Source of the DNA: Octopus vulgaris
Taxonomy: Eukaryota
DNA: 64,000 nucleotides
Direction of reading: 5' to 3'
Assembly (NCBI GenBank): GCA_951406725.2
Contig: OX597826.1
Location: 52,886,001-52,950,000 of the forward strand
The notes below the pieces were generated by a model, which worked only from the letters and a program-made list of their open reading frames with translations, was not told the DNA's origin and searched no databases. Below are positions 14,400 through 27,982 of this stretch, piece by piece (position 1 is the first letter of the stretch; the number at the start of each line of letters is the position of its first letter). The position numbers were made by a program, and so were the translations under genes.

Positions 14400-16323
14400 G
14401 GTTAATATAGGGCGTAACAAATATCAGAAAATCAAAAAAAAAATGTGTGTAATAGGTGTAAAACAACTTCCTATGAACGAATATGAAAAAAAAATTCGCG
14501 CACGCGAAAGGGGGGTGGGGGAGAGGCCTCGGAAAATTCACATCGGGAAGTTCCGAAAGCGTCTGAGGAGCTGACCCGGGCACCAAAACAAAAAAAAATA
14601 GTGTAATATGTGTAAAACAACTTGCTCTAAACGAATATGACAAAAAAAAATGCGCTCTCGCGAAAGAGGGGTGGGGGAGAGGCCTCGGAATATTTATATC
14701 GGGAATTTCCGAAAGCGTCTGAACCGGGCACAAAAACAAAAACAAAAACAGCGTAATAGGTGTAAAACAACTTGCTCTAAACGACTATCATGAAAAAAAT
14801 GCGCGCTCGCGAAAGGGGGTGGGGGAGAGGCTTCGGAAATTTCACATCTTCAGTCCACGGCCTTTAAACTAAGAAAAAATAGTGTAATTGGTGTAAAACT
14901 ACTTGTTCTAAACGAGTATCAAGAACACACACTCACACATGAATCATAAACTCCGTATTTCGCAAAAAAAAAAAAATAAAGAGAAGAAATTCTGGAAAAA
15001 GTGAAGAAATGTTGGATCTCCGCCATGTGAATCAAAATACGTGTCAGAAACATCTTGAAATACTACAGAAATTATGTTACGAAAATGATAATGTATACAT
15101 ACCTCTTTGAGTGGTCCATCGATAATGATGATAAAGAAATGAGTTGGATTTGAACTCAGAATATTGACTAACACAACTACATACTACAAGACTCAAAATA
15201 TTCAGCCAAGTCACCACCCTTTAACTAGCAATAATAATAACATCAATAACATAACAGCCAAAAGATTTATTTGTTCTGAAAATAACAATCATAGTAAATA
15301 AATATGTTCTTTAATATTCACATTCATGTGCACAGTTAAACACACTTACATACAAACAGTCACGCATGCATAATACAGAACGGAACACATAAATGAAGGA
15401 TGCATTACTTAGTATATATTACATCTAGAGAATTTTGATTAATAAGTCAAATATGCAAATTATAAAGATAATTAATTGCTTTACTAAACAGTGTTGTAAA
15501 GGTGAAAAAATAAATTTGGGAAAAAAATACACGCCAAAACTAATTAATAAAGGATAATTAGGGAAGGATTGACACAAAATAATAATTTTTTCTGTCTCTT
15601 TTTTTCTGATAAATGCATCTTAATAAGTGAGAAGAATTGCATATATCTGAACTATTTCAAAGAAAAGCATAAATTTAATGTTTAAAATAGCTTTAACCAA
15701 GGAATGAGATCCAACATTTCTTCACTTTTTCCAGAATTTCTTCTCTTTATTTTTTTTTTGCGAAATACGGAGTTTATGATTCATGTGTGAGTGTGTGTTC
15801 TTGATACTCGTTTAGAACAAGTAGTTTTACACCAATTACACTATTTTTTCTTAGTTTAAAGGCCGTGGACTGAAGATGTGAAATTTCCGAAGCCTCTCCC
15901 CCACCCCCCTTTCGCGAGCGCGCATTTTTTTCATGATAGTCGTTTAGAGCAAGTTGTTTTACACCTATTACGCTGTTTTTGTTTTTGTTTTTGTGCCCGG
16001 TTCAGACGCTTTCGGAAATTCCCGATATAAATATTCCGAGGCCTCTCCCCACCCCTCTTTCGCGAGAGCGCATTTTTTTTGTCATATTCGTTTAGAGCAA
16101 GTTGTTTTACACATATTACACTATTTTTTTTTGTTTTGGTGCCCGGGTCAGCTCCTCAGACGCTTTCGGAACTTCCCGATGTGAATTTTCCGAGGCCTCT
16201 CCCCCACCCCCCTTTCGCGTGCGCGAATTTTTTTTTTCATATTCGTTCATAGGAAGTTGTTTTACACCTATTACACACATTTTTTTTTTGATTTTCTGAT
16301 ATTTGTTACGCCCTATATTAACC
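14400..16323. mobile_element. young non-autonomous foldback DNA transposon, Merlin-like termini
   Basis: TIRs 14400-15020 and 15706-16323 essentially identical; ends GGTTAATATAGGGCG...CGCCCTATATTAACC; 8-bp TSD CTTATTTC at 14392-14399 and 16324-16331; internal sub-repeats in the TIRs; non-coding AT-rich core. Superfamily call is tentative. Confidence 0.9.
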
Positions 16324-16559
16324 CTTATTTCTACTTAATTATATTCTTGGTTGCGATTATAAGGTTGAAGCTGTACTTCAGACCAATAAGTAGCTTTGGT
16401 TGTATAAAGCAGCAAGTGAATAATATGCTATACGTTACGTTCATACATTCACACATACACACTCACGCGCGCACACATATAAGCACAAACACACACATGT
16501 GCGCGCACGTGTGCGTATGTGTGTGTGTGAATGTATGTACATAACATATTAGTGCACTT

Positions 16560-16568
16560 ATATATGTA

Positions 16569-16604
<36 letters not shown>

Positions 16605-16930
16605 TGCACGCACACATACAATCATACACACATGCATTCACCCATGCATGCATGCATGTATCCATCCATTCATACATATACACACAAACACATACATACA
16701 TCCATTCATTCATACACGCACATACACAAGCATACTCCTATCCATCCATCCATCTGTCCATCCATCCATCCATCCATCCATCCATCCATCCATCCATACA
16801 TCCATACATACATACATACATACATGCATGCATGCATGCATACATACATACATACATACATACATACATGCATACATGCATACATACATACATGCATGCA
16901 TACAAACATGCATGCATGCATACATACTTG
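16560..16930. repeat. compound (GTAT)/(CATC)/(CATA)/(CATG) microsatellite
   Basis: Tetranucleotide runs. Confidence 0.95.
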
Positions 16931-17506
16931 CATTGCAATAAGGTTGATCAGCTGAGGCAGTAGAGTAATGATTCTTCTCCAAAATATTCATTAATTCTAA
17001 GGTGGCCATTTAGAAGATCGCTCACCCTTTCATCCACTCTCCCACTAGCCTCATTCGCTCATATGTACATAAATAGGCCATTTGTACAGAATAGATTCAT
17101 TTTAAGGGAGGCAGCTAAAGCATGGCTTGTAAAGCGATGCATTTATTTGTGGAGAAAATCGCAACATAGATGTTGTCTTTGATTTATTGTATCTCTTTAT
17201 GCTATAGATATGAGAAAGAGGGGGAAGTGAAGATGTGTGCGCATGTGTATCTGTGTACATGTGACTGTGTGTCTCTCTGTGTTGATGTATGTAAAAAGAA
17301 GAGAAAGTATGAGTGCGGGATAAAAGAACGGTTATTGTGTGGCTGGAAAAGGGGTGTCCGATGTAGTGCGAGTGTGTGTGGGGGGGGTGAGCGGTGAAGT
17401 GCCTGAAAAAAAGAACGATAAAGTAAAAGGAGAATGTGTGATAGGATGAGAGCATGACATTCAGTAGTGAGTATGTGGGAGTGGTGGTTAAAGAGAGTAT
17501 CAGAGT

Positions 17507-17548
<42 letters not shown>

Positions 17549-18129
17549 GAGGGGGTGACAGAAAGAGAGATTGTAAATTGAGAGAGTAAGAAATATGATA
17601 GGGAAAGCAACACAACAAGACTGAGAAGAGACAGAGAAAGAGACTGAGCGTATATGCAAGTGAGAAAAAGAGAGAAACTGTCTGAGTGTGTATGTGTGTG
17701 GTGTATCTGTGCGTGTATGTGTGTGCGTGTATACGCGTGTGTGTGTTTGTGTATGTTTGTGTGGGGGGGTATATGTGTGTATACTGAAGAGATGGAAAGA
17801 GAGAGAGAAGAAAGATGGAAAGTCTGTAAATACATGCGAGAAAAGTGTATGACAATGAGTAAAAATAAGAGTGAGCAGGTGAGAAAGAAGAGTAATGTGT
17901 AATTTGACAGAGAGAGATAAGGAGAGACAGGACAGAGAGGAATACGGAGATAATGTACAAATGTGAATAAAAAAGGAGCAGAGATAGAGAGGCAAGGAGA
18001 AAAGGGAGAGAGAGATAGTAAAGGAAAGTAAGAGAAAAAAAGTGGGAGCATGAGAATCAGCGAAGAATAGCGTAGAAGTGTACGAATATTGACTTAAAAT
18101 ACAGAAAAAGAGATTTATGTATGCATATG

Positions 18130-18910
18130 TGTGTATGCTGCAGCTGTTTCTCAGTGAGCAGCTTAATGTTCAATATCTGCTCCGTAGTACTCCTTTGGGG
18201 ACTAAATCCTGCTTGTTCTTCTGCAAGGATTTCTTCTGCCTTCCCCATAAGTCTGTTTAACAGAACTCTTGGCAATTAGGATGACTGTTCTATAATTCTG
18301 GCAGTCTTCATTTGCCTTTCTTGGGAAAGGGCATCATCGGTGATTATGTCCACTTCTTTGACCACTGCTTCTTCGCCAATATTTTCTGACAGGTAGCTGT
18401 TAGTGCCTTGATAAGTTTTGTCCTTCCATGTTTTAGGTGTTCTGATGAGATGTTATCAACTCCCGAAGATTTACTTTCTTTGCGCATGGGCATCACTCCT
18501 TCGACTTCCTCTGGAGAACTGGAGTATTACCAAGTTCTCTGTTATTGTTGTTGTTGGAATTGTCTACTGTCATGTTTGAGTTTGTGATTGTAATGGTCTT
18601 CGCAGTACTCAGACGAGCTTTTAATGACAGCGTTCTCATCTTTGAAAATCAGTCCTGTTTTGTCCTCAATAATAGTGGCACTCTCTTTGTTTTCGTTATG
18701 ATTTTGCGGATTTTATAAGCAACTTTGTGGTTACCCTTCTTTATTCCAGCTTCAATTATTTTGCACTGGCCTTCCTTTTTTCCTAACCTTCCTATTCACA
18801 GCATTGTATTGCTGACTTGCTTCCTGAAACGCTTGCTTGTTCTTCACCAAACCCCGTCTTAGATCAAGATGTCATCAGTGACCCGTGGTTTCTTTATCCT
18901 TTCTCTCTTC
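18130..18910 (-). pseudogene. RTE-clade LINE ORF fragment (linker and RT start)
   Basis: RVLLNRLMGKAEEILAEEQAGFSPQRSTTEQILNIKLL matches the RTE-type EEQAGFR..RST.EQI motif; upstream S.GVDNI.SE-like segment. Confidence 0.85.
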
Positions 18911-20557
18911 ACATGTATATGTACTGTGTGTGCACGCGTGCGTGCATGTGCGCGTGTTGAAATGAGTTGATGAAAACTTCAGTGAACATGAAAAGGAGAC
19001 TCTTTTTAAAATATAATCTATCGTTGAATGGTGTATATCTGAGTTAAAGCGTTTCCGAATCCCAAAACGCTATGGTTTCGTTATATGATTCTACATTTCA
19101 CACTGTCAATTAAACAAAAGACAGAAGTGATATGAAATATGCCTATCCTAGATATGAAACATGTCTATCAGAGATATCCTTTCTCTCGGAAGAAATTAAA
19201 CTCGGCAGTGATTTCCGTTGGGCTGGGTTCCACTACTAAGCGCACGAATAGTATTTATATCACTACTTTGTCTGAGAAAAATTATCTAGGCAATGCAAGT
19301 TAGCTAATGACACTGCTGCTCCTGTCGGTAGAAATGAATTGTATCTGTGCTTTGACACTTGTGAGATATATTCATTGCTAGGTGGAATGGTTTCTTTACG
19401 AATATTCACAACCTCCGAAAACAACATCAGTATTACTTTCATGTTTCTGGGTTCATTCAAATAAAGTATACATCAAGTACTGGAATCGATTTATTATCCC
19501 TATATGACACCTTAGATATGAATGGAATTATAATAGAAGGGAACACGAACCTCTGAATTCTTGATGTTACTTACTTGGTTCTCTTATGACTCAGTCGTCT
19601 GTGCATTGATATGCAACGCAACAATATTCTAAAGTGATGAGAAAAAATGCTACCTTGCCAATTCTAATTAATCACAAACAAAAATGATCATTTTAGAGCT
19701 GAGAAAAATGGAATGGAACTATGTTCATGTATTTCTCAAGAACAATAAAGATATAAATGATAAGAGAGTGTTTCAAACGGGAATTGGAACTATGTCGTAA
19801 AATGCCCACATCAAGGGCTTCATTTTTGTTTAAATGCGCGTACACCACTCAGTTAATTATTTTAAAAATTATAAATGCTTGACAAAAGTAAGAATGGATG
19901 AACTTGTGTAGAGATCGGATAATGTTCGCCATGAATTCAAATCCAAGCAGCGACAACATTAATTATATTTTCAGAGTCGGTATAAAAAATTATAAGTGAA
20001 GTTCTGAGATTTAATAGACTGAGCACTTTTCTCAAAATAGTTTTAGTCTTGGCACAAGACTTAATCAGGATCGAAGACAGAAAGAGCGGTAGACACAATA
20101 GAATGTCGCATTAAATGAAATAACATATCTTGGTTTATATCGCTATCTTTTATGTTCAAATCCTACACTGAAGGACTTAGTATTTGAGGAAATAAATGTC
20201 AGATCTGTGAAACTAAGGTTCGTTCATATTGATTAAATTATTGTACTACATAATGATGGCGTGATTCCAATATAAGATAGCATAATTAATTTACGTTTAA
20301 TTTACTTGCTGCAGATTTAAAGAAGTGACGCATGAATCAGCAATCCGGCACGTCACTTCTACAAATATTCCATTGATCTTATGTGTAGATAATACATAAT
20401 TACTAGCCTTTCATTTATAAGCGAGAACAAGTACCACCAGATTTTGCGAAAGCATTCTTAGACAACCATGACGCTACCTATAGAAGATAATAAGAAACAG
20501 CTTTAACGTATAAAGAAACAAAATAATACTGATTGGGAGTCAATACTCAGTTTGTTA

Positions 20558-20753
20558 CGAGGGGTGCTGAAAAATTCTTGGCTTTGAGTAAAAGAAAATA
20601 AAGGAGGAGTAGTTAATAATGATTATATTCAGTATATTCCCCTCTCAGATTCCTGCAGTTATTGCAGCGGTCCTTCAGTTTTTTAAGCCCTGTAAAAGAA
20701 CTTCTAGATTTTAGTGATACTCTTAGAAGTAAGACCTTTTCAGTACCCCCTCG
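20558..20753. mobile_element. mariner-derived MITE
   Basis: TA|CGAGGGGTGCTGAAAA...TTTTCAGTACCCCCTCG|TA; related left end at ~38357. Confidence 0.8.
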
Positions 20754-20909
20754 TACATAGCTCAAGCGGTTGAGGAAAAACTTACCCAGCACTTTCTCAC
20801 TATCTGAATCTAGACTATCTTGGGGGTAAAATTGGGAAAACGATAAACTTTTAAAAGTATGTGATATCAACCATGGAGGGTTTGGATGTCAATATATCTG
20901 AATGCGTAA

Positions 20910-21292
20910 GACGGCGAGCTGGCAGAATCGTTAGCACGCCGGGCGAAATGCTTAGCAGTATTTCGTCTGCCGCTACGTTCTGAGTTTAAATTCCGCCAAG
21001 ATCGACTTTGCCTTTCATCGTTTTGGGGTCGATTAAATAAGTACCAGTTACGCACTGGCGTCGATATAATCGACTTAATCCGTTTGTCCGCTCTGTGTTT
21101 AGCCCCTTATGGGTAGTAAAGAAATAGGTATTTCGTCTGCCGTTACGTTCTGAGTTCAAATTCCGCTGAGGTCGACTTTCCCTTTCATCATTTTGGGGTC
21201 GATAAATTAAGTACTAGTTGCGTACCGAGGTCGATCTAATCGACTGGCCCCCTCCTCCAAAATGTTGGGCCTTGTGCCTAGAATAGAAAGGA
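20910..21292 (+). mobile_element. SINE family A, dimeric
   Basis: GACGGCGAGCTGGCAGAATCGTTAGCACGCCGGGCG head, B-box-like GAGTT(T/C)AAATTCC, two bodies, diverged flanking direct repeat. Confidence 0.9.
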
Positions 21293-21709
21293 ATGCATCT
21301 GATTTCGTAAGGAGTAGGGAAATCTAATGTTTCGATCTTTAATATTTTTGCACTTCCTGTAATAACCATATTTTTCAACACACAACAAACTCTCTTAGAC
21401 TATTTTAAGTTCGACGCTTACATGATATTCTATTACATTTATTCAAGATAACTTTGTAAACATTGGTGACCTATGAGCAAGTCTTCCAGTGTCTTCATCC
21501 ATTCACCTCTTCAAATATTTTATTACTAACATCACTTAAAATATCTGAAAGACCAAATATTTCATATTTTATGTTTTTAGTATTAAAATTGAATTTTTAC
21601 CAAAACATAACACTACACATTCATTATAAACACCTGCTCGCACGCGCGCACACACACACACACACACATACACACACACACTGAAAAAACCTTATTCGCA
21701 TAAATATGA

Positions 21710-22135
21710 TAAAAATTGCCGTAAAATGACTAAAGCTTTTTTTAAAATATTGATTGGTATTCTTCTTTGATTGAAATCCACATTTTTTTAAGACTAGATT
21801 CCTTATATTTAATCTTCAATCCATCATTGGTAGATATAGCTGCTAGTTCTTCGGTTAATGTTAAACTAGCATCATCTGAAATTTCTATGAATGGATTTTT
21901 AATCAAAGCGTACAGTTCAGTGTTATGTGATGGAAAATAATAATTTAATTTATCTTCCAAATTTGTCAAGTGTTCAAGTATTTATTAAAGGGAAGATATC
22001 ATTTCTGTAAGTTGTACAAAGGAAACATTTCCAAATTACTCTCAGAAGTTCTTTTCTTCCAGATAAGTAGGTTTATCTGAAATGCTTTCATTTTATCAGT
22101 AGATGTCGAAATATTTTCATAATTTCCTTGCATTC
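21710..22135 (-). pseudogene. hAT (Charlie/Buster-type) transposase C-terminal fragment
   Basis: YFPS...IKNPF...LTLTEELAAISTNDGLKIKYKESSLKKMWISIKEEY resembles the region leading into the hAT dimerisation domain. Confidence 0.8.
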
Positions 22136-22149
22136 AAAATATTGAGGCG

Positions 22150-22195
<46 letters not shown>

Positions 22196-22499
22196 CCAAA
22201 TACACTAATCTGCTAATCCAAGTATACTGCCGTTTCAGAAGCCGCTGCCACAATCCATTAACACATTAAAACACCAAGCCGGCAATGGACCCTTCATCAG
22301 GAAAAAATATCTTCACCAAAGTGGTTGCACATGCTGATTTCTTTATTGCCCACAGGGGCTAAACATAGAGGGGACATTACAAGGATAGACAAAAGCACAA
22401 ACGTGTGGACAAAGAAAAACGAATGTAAAGAGAATGGATTAAATAATAAAAATGAAAAATAAAAACTGAAAAGTGAAATGAAGCCATTCGACCCCACAT

Positions 22500-23215
22500 C
22501 CGGGCGACTTCATTTTTTCCTTGTTATAAACGATAAATTCTTTTTTAAACTTTTAGCATGTATTCAACACATAAAATATCTATTTGAAAGTCATTAATAA
22601 GTTCGTGCTAACTCACCGACATTGACATTCTCTTGGTGTCCATTTTCTTTTCGCAGTAAACAGCATTGTCCCCGTATTCTATCAGTCTTGGTATGTTCTC
22701 GGGGTCCGCTATAGCGCACTCAAAGTGCAAGGGCATCCCTCTACATTGTATAGTGTTTACCTCTATTAGTTGGTCCCAACTGTTTACCTCCTTAACCAGC
22801 TTATAATTTGACACATCGTAAAAGACAATATATTTTTCTCCACAGGGTGGAGTTGGGAATTTGGGGCTCTTGTGTGATTGTTGTTAATTTATCTGTGTCA
22901 GATGAGGTAGGGAGAGGGTTAGTGTCTACAGGGGAAAGTTGGAGACAGAGTGGGTCTGGGTGGGAGCCAGGTGGATGGGTGTTATCATTCACAGATTATG
23001 CCTTTTTCTCTTCTTTCCAGCAGTTTCCCATCCATCTTTGGTTTTTTTCATCTTCGGTGCTAAACTCTCTCCCACTGTTTCTCGCTGGTCGTGGAAGTAC
23101 AGTTCCCTTTCTAATTAAATATTCATTGCATTCATTGCGGAGTATTCCTGTTTGTTTTGGGGTTTTTTTGCGAAGTTTCACTTTCTCTTTTAATGTTCTC
23201 AATATCATGTTTTAA
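22500..23215 (-). pseudogene. unidentified decayed coding remnant, possibly retroelement ORF1
   Basis: Consecutive minus-strand ORF pieces (K/R-rich, P/T-rich, then globular-looking); no diagnostic motif. Confidence 0.3.
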
Positions 23216-23580
23216 CTCGCTATTTGGAAAACTGAGAGTTTCTTCTAGTAATGTATACGTAATGTAACAAATATTTATTGAATGAAAATTTTTTAGAATA
23301 CCCGTATAATTTTTGTAAAATATTTAAGAGTAATTATGTTGTTGTGGCTGTTTGGAACGCTATAAACCTTACAATAATAACTACCCGAACCGATTTTGGC
23401 CATTTCCCTTTTTAACTTAAAAAACATGGGAAGGAGCCTTTCGCTAAAAATAAAAAGAAATTGTAAATATTTTCAGAAGGAATGGTGAACACTTCGAGGG
23501 AGCCCTCTCCTAAACAGCCCTCTCCTTTCACTTTCTCATGTATTAATGTTTTTTCAATATTTTTCTCCCATTATACACAT

Positions 23581-25045
23581 TTTATGGAATGATGATAGCG
23601 AAATAACATACGCGTGGTCCATTGGTGGAAGAAAAACAACAAAATAAAGTGTAATCTAATCTTTTACTCCCACCGTCCATTTGAAATCGTGATCTGTTCA
23701 CTGACAAAACTTCGTGCTGCATCACTTTTAAATAGATCGCAGTTTCAAAGCGACGAAAATATTTTGACACAAATAAAATTTAAATGTTGAAGTGAAACTA
23801 ATTGTTTTTCTGTTCTTACATGGCTTACAAACATCTTCCATGCTGAAATTGTTTTGTTTCAGCCCAGGATCTCAAATTAAGTCACTCGCTATGCAAGTAC
23901 ATCTCCGTAATTTTTTAAAATCACTGTGGATAAATACCAGCAACGACCTTCTCAGGATCTCCAATATTTTAATTTCTCAACAGAAATAATCCGGGGCAGG
24001 GAGTGGGGTTGCAAAAAATTCACATTTTCTCAAATTTTCTTTTTTATAGCATATAAATGTATTTATAGAGAAAAAATCTTAGAAAACATCAATACATGCG
24101 AGAGTAAAAAAGAAACGAGGAGTGTTGCTAGAAACAACAGCCAAATCGTCCTTAAATCACTCATTTTTTCCTCTGAAAATATTGACATATTTTTGAAACA
24201 ATTTACTGAATATGTTCTTCCCATGGTTTTGAAGGGCAGAAAAAAAATTGGCCAAAATAGGTCGGATTGGAATGATGAGCGGGGTGCAAAAACAAAATTG
24301 TTTTCAAAACTTTATTTATACAAAGGTTCCCCCCATCCCCATAATTTCGAAGGCTGTGGTTTAAAAATCCCCCAACCGAAATTTCCCCAAAACTTTCTTT
24401 AAAATCGTAGTTGCAAAGCAATTTGTATGAATTTTCATTATAAGATACCCATTTACCTGAAAGTTATGCTGGAAAAAAGTCGTGTGAATTTTCCAAAACT
24501 CCTCTTTCCACCCCCTCGGAAAATTTCTTTCCCATATATTCCTATATACCCTGAAGCCACAATATCTAATTATAATTTTATTATAAGGAATCCATTTCTC
24601 TGGATGTTATGAGGCAACAAAGTCGGATGCCTATACATCTGTGGAACACCCTTATATTTATACGATGTTTTCATTTCACGTTTGTTTCATTCATTGTTTC
24701 CAATGTTGTCTTCCCTCCCTCTCTGTCTCTCTCTCTCTCTCACACATACACGGCAAAGCTTACAGATGGGCTGCTGAATTGTAATTTCTATGTTGTTGTG
24801 AGGGGAAGGTAAAACTTGGCAAATTGCTTCTCCCTCTGTTGTTGGATTACCGTGATGTTTGTTCAAAAGAGAGAGATTATGACTGTGATAAGATAATTAA
24901 AGCAATATTTACTAAGCAAGTGAGCATTATTATACAAATAAATAATTAGACGTAAAATATAAACATTATTAGAACTGGGAATCAAATGTGAAAACCTTAT
25001 CAATCAGCAAGCAGAAAACTGCCCGGAGGGCGGTCTTTCAGCTAG
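23581..25045 (+). mobile_element. ~1.5-kb non-autonomous Helitron containing a Penelope-type terminal fragment
   Basis: 3' hairpin AACTGCCCGGAGGGCGGT then TTTCAGCTAG|T; colinear diverged inverted copy at ~35425-36968. Confidence 0.7.
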
Positions 25046-25047
25046 TC

Positions 25048-25231
25048 ATTACAAGGAAGGAAGAAACATTTATACTGAGTGTGAACCAATTAAAAATTCA
25101 TAGGCCTAAAATTAAAAATTAAAAGCTTTAAAACATGATAGTATTACAAGGAAGGAAGAAACATATATTGTGTACCAATTAAAAATTCATTGGCCTAAAA
25201 TTAAAAAATTAAAAACTTTAAAACATGATAG
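25048..25231. repeat. tandem duplication, ~93-bp unit x2
   Basis: ATTACAAGGAAGGAAGAAACAT...AAAACATGATAG repeated. Confidence 0.85.
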
Positions 25232-25299
25232 CATCAGCAAGGATTCGTGTATAATTCATAATGTTTTTCCACTATCAAATAGGTGACTAGTATTCAGAG

Positions 25300-26150
25300 A
25301 TTGTTTCAATCTCTATCCGGTTTCAAAACCAGATGGGAAATCAAATGGTTATCTAATGGGCTTAATTTTATCTTTGTATATTTTCAGGAATGTAGGAAAA
25401 AATTATGATTGCAAAAGGGGATTACATCAGAGAATTTATTTAATACTTTTGGTCTTTATGATTTATGCACAATTTACATTTATGGATATTCACACTAAAA
25501 TGAGGGCCCCCCGAAATAATAGACCATTCAAGGTTGGAACTCCGATTTTTTCTCTTCGAGTCATATATGCATGAGGCAAGCGTAGTAGAGTTACAATATT
25601 TTGCATTCGATAAGGAATTTATGTGGGCCCTATATTTCCTTTTAGAATTAACCATACTCCCAATGTACACCTTATCTAAATTATTCTCCCCTTTAGCGAC
25701 ACGTTTATAAACCACATTTGTTTTTCAACAGTAACCAGCTAGGGGACATAAGTTAGGGTTTCTGATACTGTTATTAATAATAGTTACCTGGTTTCCTGTA
25801 TTCCTAATCCCAAATATCAGTTCATCAGGGTCCGAGAATGCTGATGAGTGCAATAAGTTGGCATTATTACCAGTATCCTTGTTAATGCTCTGAATCCCAT
25901 TAACAAAGCTTACACCAAAGGAATGTCCCATATTAACTTGTCTACTTATTTTGCTTCTATTGATGGATGCAATAATAGACGCTAAGTTTGGCATTACCGA
26001 GTATGAGAACTTAATAGACGACATATTACAAATGGAATAGTACTTATGATTCCAAGGAAAATTATCTTTGAAAATTAAAAAAAATAAACTAGCCAAATTC
26101 CTAACCTTAAGAGAAAAAGTGGGCAAAACCAAATAACTTCACGTGTTCTA
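25300..26150 (-). pseudogene. Penelope-like element C-terminal fragment (linker + GIY-YIG)
   Basis: PTFSLKV...NFPWNHKY..ICN...IKFSYSVMPNLASII, then CPLAGYC, VYK...YIG...KRKYRAH...STTLA...WSII...CKLC. Confidence 0.85.
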
Positions 26151-26163
26151 AAGTTTTTATAAT

Positions 26164-26195
<32 letters not shown>

Positions 26196-26197
<2 letters not shown>

Positions 26198-26390
26198 CTT
26201 TTACTCTTTTACTTTTTCAGTCATTTGACTGCGGCCATGCTGGAGCACCGCCTTTTGGCCGAGTAAATCTACCCCAGGACTTATTTTTTGGGACGCCTAG
26301 TACTTATTCTATCGTTCTCTTTTGCCGAACCGTTAAGTTACGGGGACGTAAACACACCAGCATCGGTTGTCAAGCCGGGGGACAAACACA
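26196..26390 (-). mobile_element. SINE family B 3' half
   Basis: CAGTCATTTGACTGCGGCCATGCTGGAGCACCGCC...GGACGTAAACACACCAGCATCGGTTGTCAAGC. Confidence 0.85.
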
Positions 26391-26456
26391 AACATACAAA
26401 CGTATACACAAACATACATATATATATATACATATATGGGTGTCTGTGTGTGTGTT

Positions 26457-26504
<48 letters not shown>

Positions 26505-27584
26505 TAAAAGAGAGTTTGTATGTGTGTGTGCGCGTAAGTTCCATATCCCTTCCAAAACCGAGTTGCCGATTTTGACGTAAGGAGTATCAAAAAATTCAGT
26601 AAGCTTTTGGCTACCAACTAAACTATATTTTCATTCACATATTTGCATTACAAAAAATTAACACTATCATTTTTCTTTTAGTCACCTAGCGTAAACGACA
26701 TTTTATATCACCACTTCGATGACGTTACCTTTTCTATATGAGTGTGTTCGCACGTTCGTTACCTACGTTAGGCCGATGACTGACAAGTATATGGGTGTAA
26801 CGATGTATGTATCTGTCAGTATACATACAATTTTGTGATGACTGACACTCACACATCTAATGACAGAGACAGCCAAGAACAGAGATAAGTTTCAAGTGTG
26901 CGTTAATGTACGTGTGTGTGTGTTAGTTTATGTATGTAACTTCTCCTTCCCACTAACAGTGAAATGCGCCGATATTGAAAGTTTACTTGCGGCCTGGACT
27001 TCAAACAAACAACGTTCACTTTCAAGTGAACATGCAGATTTGGCTGATTTAACACCGCTCACAATACTCGCAGATATATCTGAAAAAAAATGTTATTCTG
27101 GTTATTATAACAAATTCGGAAACTTGGCGAGGTAGAAAGCCTCAGCGGCTCTTTGAATATAATTACAGAAATGTTATTCCACTCCTAACCAATTTCAAGT
27201 TAATGTTTTGTTAACAGTTCTTGTATTCCTCATTACTGTATCAACCTCGCACAACCTTTTTACTGCGTTACACAGTTCAAAAACAGCATCTTCCTCTTTA
27301 TACACTTGGTTCAGCGTTCGCTTCAAAATTGTAAAATAAATTATTTTTGTATGAAAAATTGAATTATGCCTTTTGAATTTTCTTGGACTTTTACTTTCTT
27401 CACCATGACATTTATTCAATCGTGAATTTTATAACATTTAGTACATGTTCCAAATTAATGTTAACTTTCTGTATTTTCTTACATTGGTGACGCATACTAA
27501 ATTGGTTACTTCCCATGTTTTATAGCATAACTATGCTACAGAATGTATGTTTTGCACCTATATTAACTACATTTCGTTTCGCTT

Positions 27585-27822
27585 GAACTTCGTGCCAACA
27601 TATGATAAAGTAGCCATCCTTATTGTTGGTGATCCCATTGAAAATCATAATATTCTCATTCGTGTTCAAGATAACTTTAAACGTGTTTCACAGACTCATC
27701 CCTCTTAAGATACTCTCCAGTATAATCTTATTCTGTGGAATGGACAAGATGGGTATTATTTTAATATTCCTCGGATTGAATCAGCAACAGGATAGACAAT
27801 TACAAACAAAAGGGTGTCAAGT
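27585..27822 (+). pseudogene. Helitron RepHel fragment
   Basis: Approximately PTYDKVAILIVGD...KRVSQTHPS*DTLQYNLILWNGQDGYYFNIP...NKRVS, resembling the Helitron PT..EVA / ISETH.SYD.LQYPL.F..GEDGY motifs. Confidence 0.75.
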
Positions 27823-27865
27823 GACTTCTATTCTTACTAACTGATGTCAAGACCAGAACAATCAA

Positions 27866-27982
27866 ATCCTTTCTACTATAGGCACAAGGCCTGAAATTTC
27901 GGGAGAGGAGACCAGTCGATGGCATCGACCCCAGTATCTCACTGACTTAATTTATTGACCCTGAAAGAATGAAAGGCAAAGT
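27866..27982 (-). mobile_element. SINE family A 3' fragment
   Basis: GGCACAAGGCCTGAAATTT...ATGAAAGGCAAAGT. Confidence 0.75.

Noticed and set aside
17102-18051. Longest ORFs in the track (297, 252 and 183 aa)
   Set aside because: Overlapping frames over GA/GT low-complexity sequence; no domain signal
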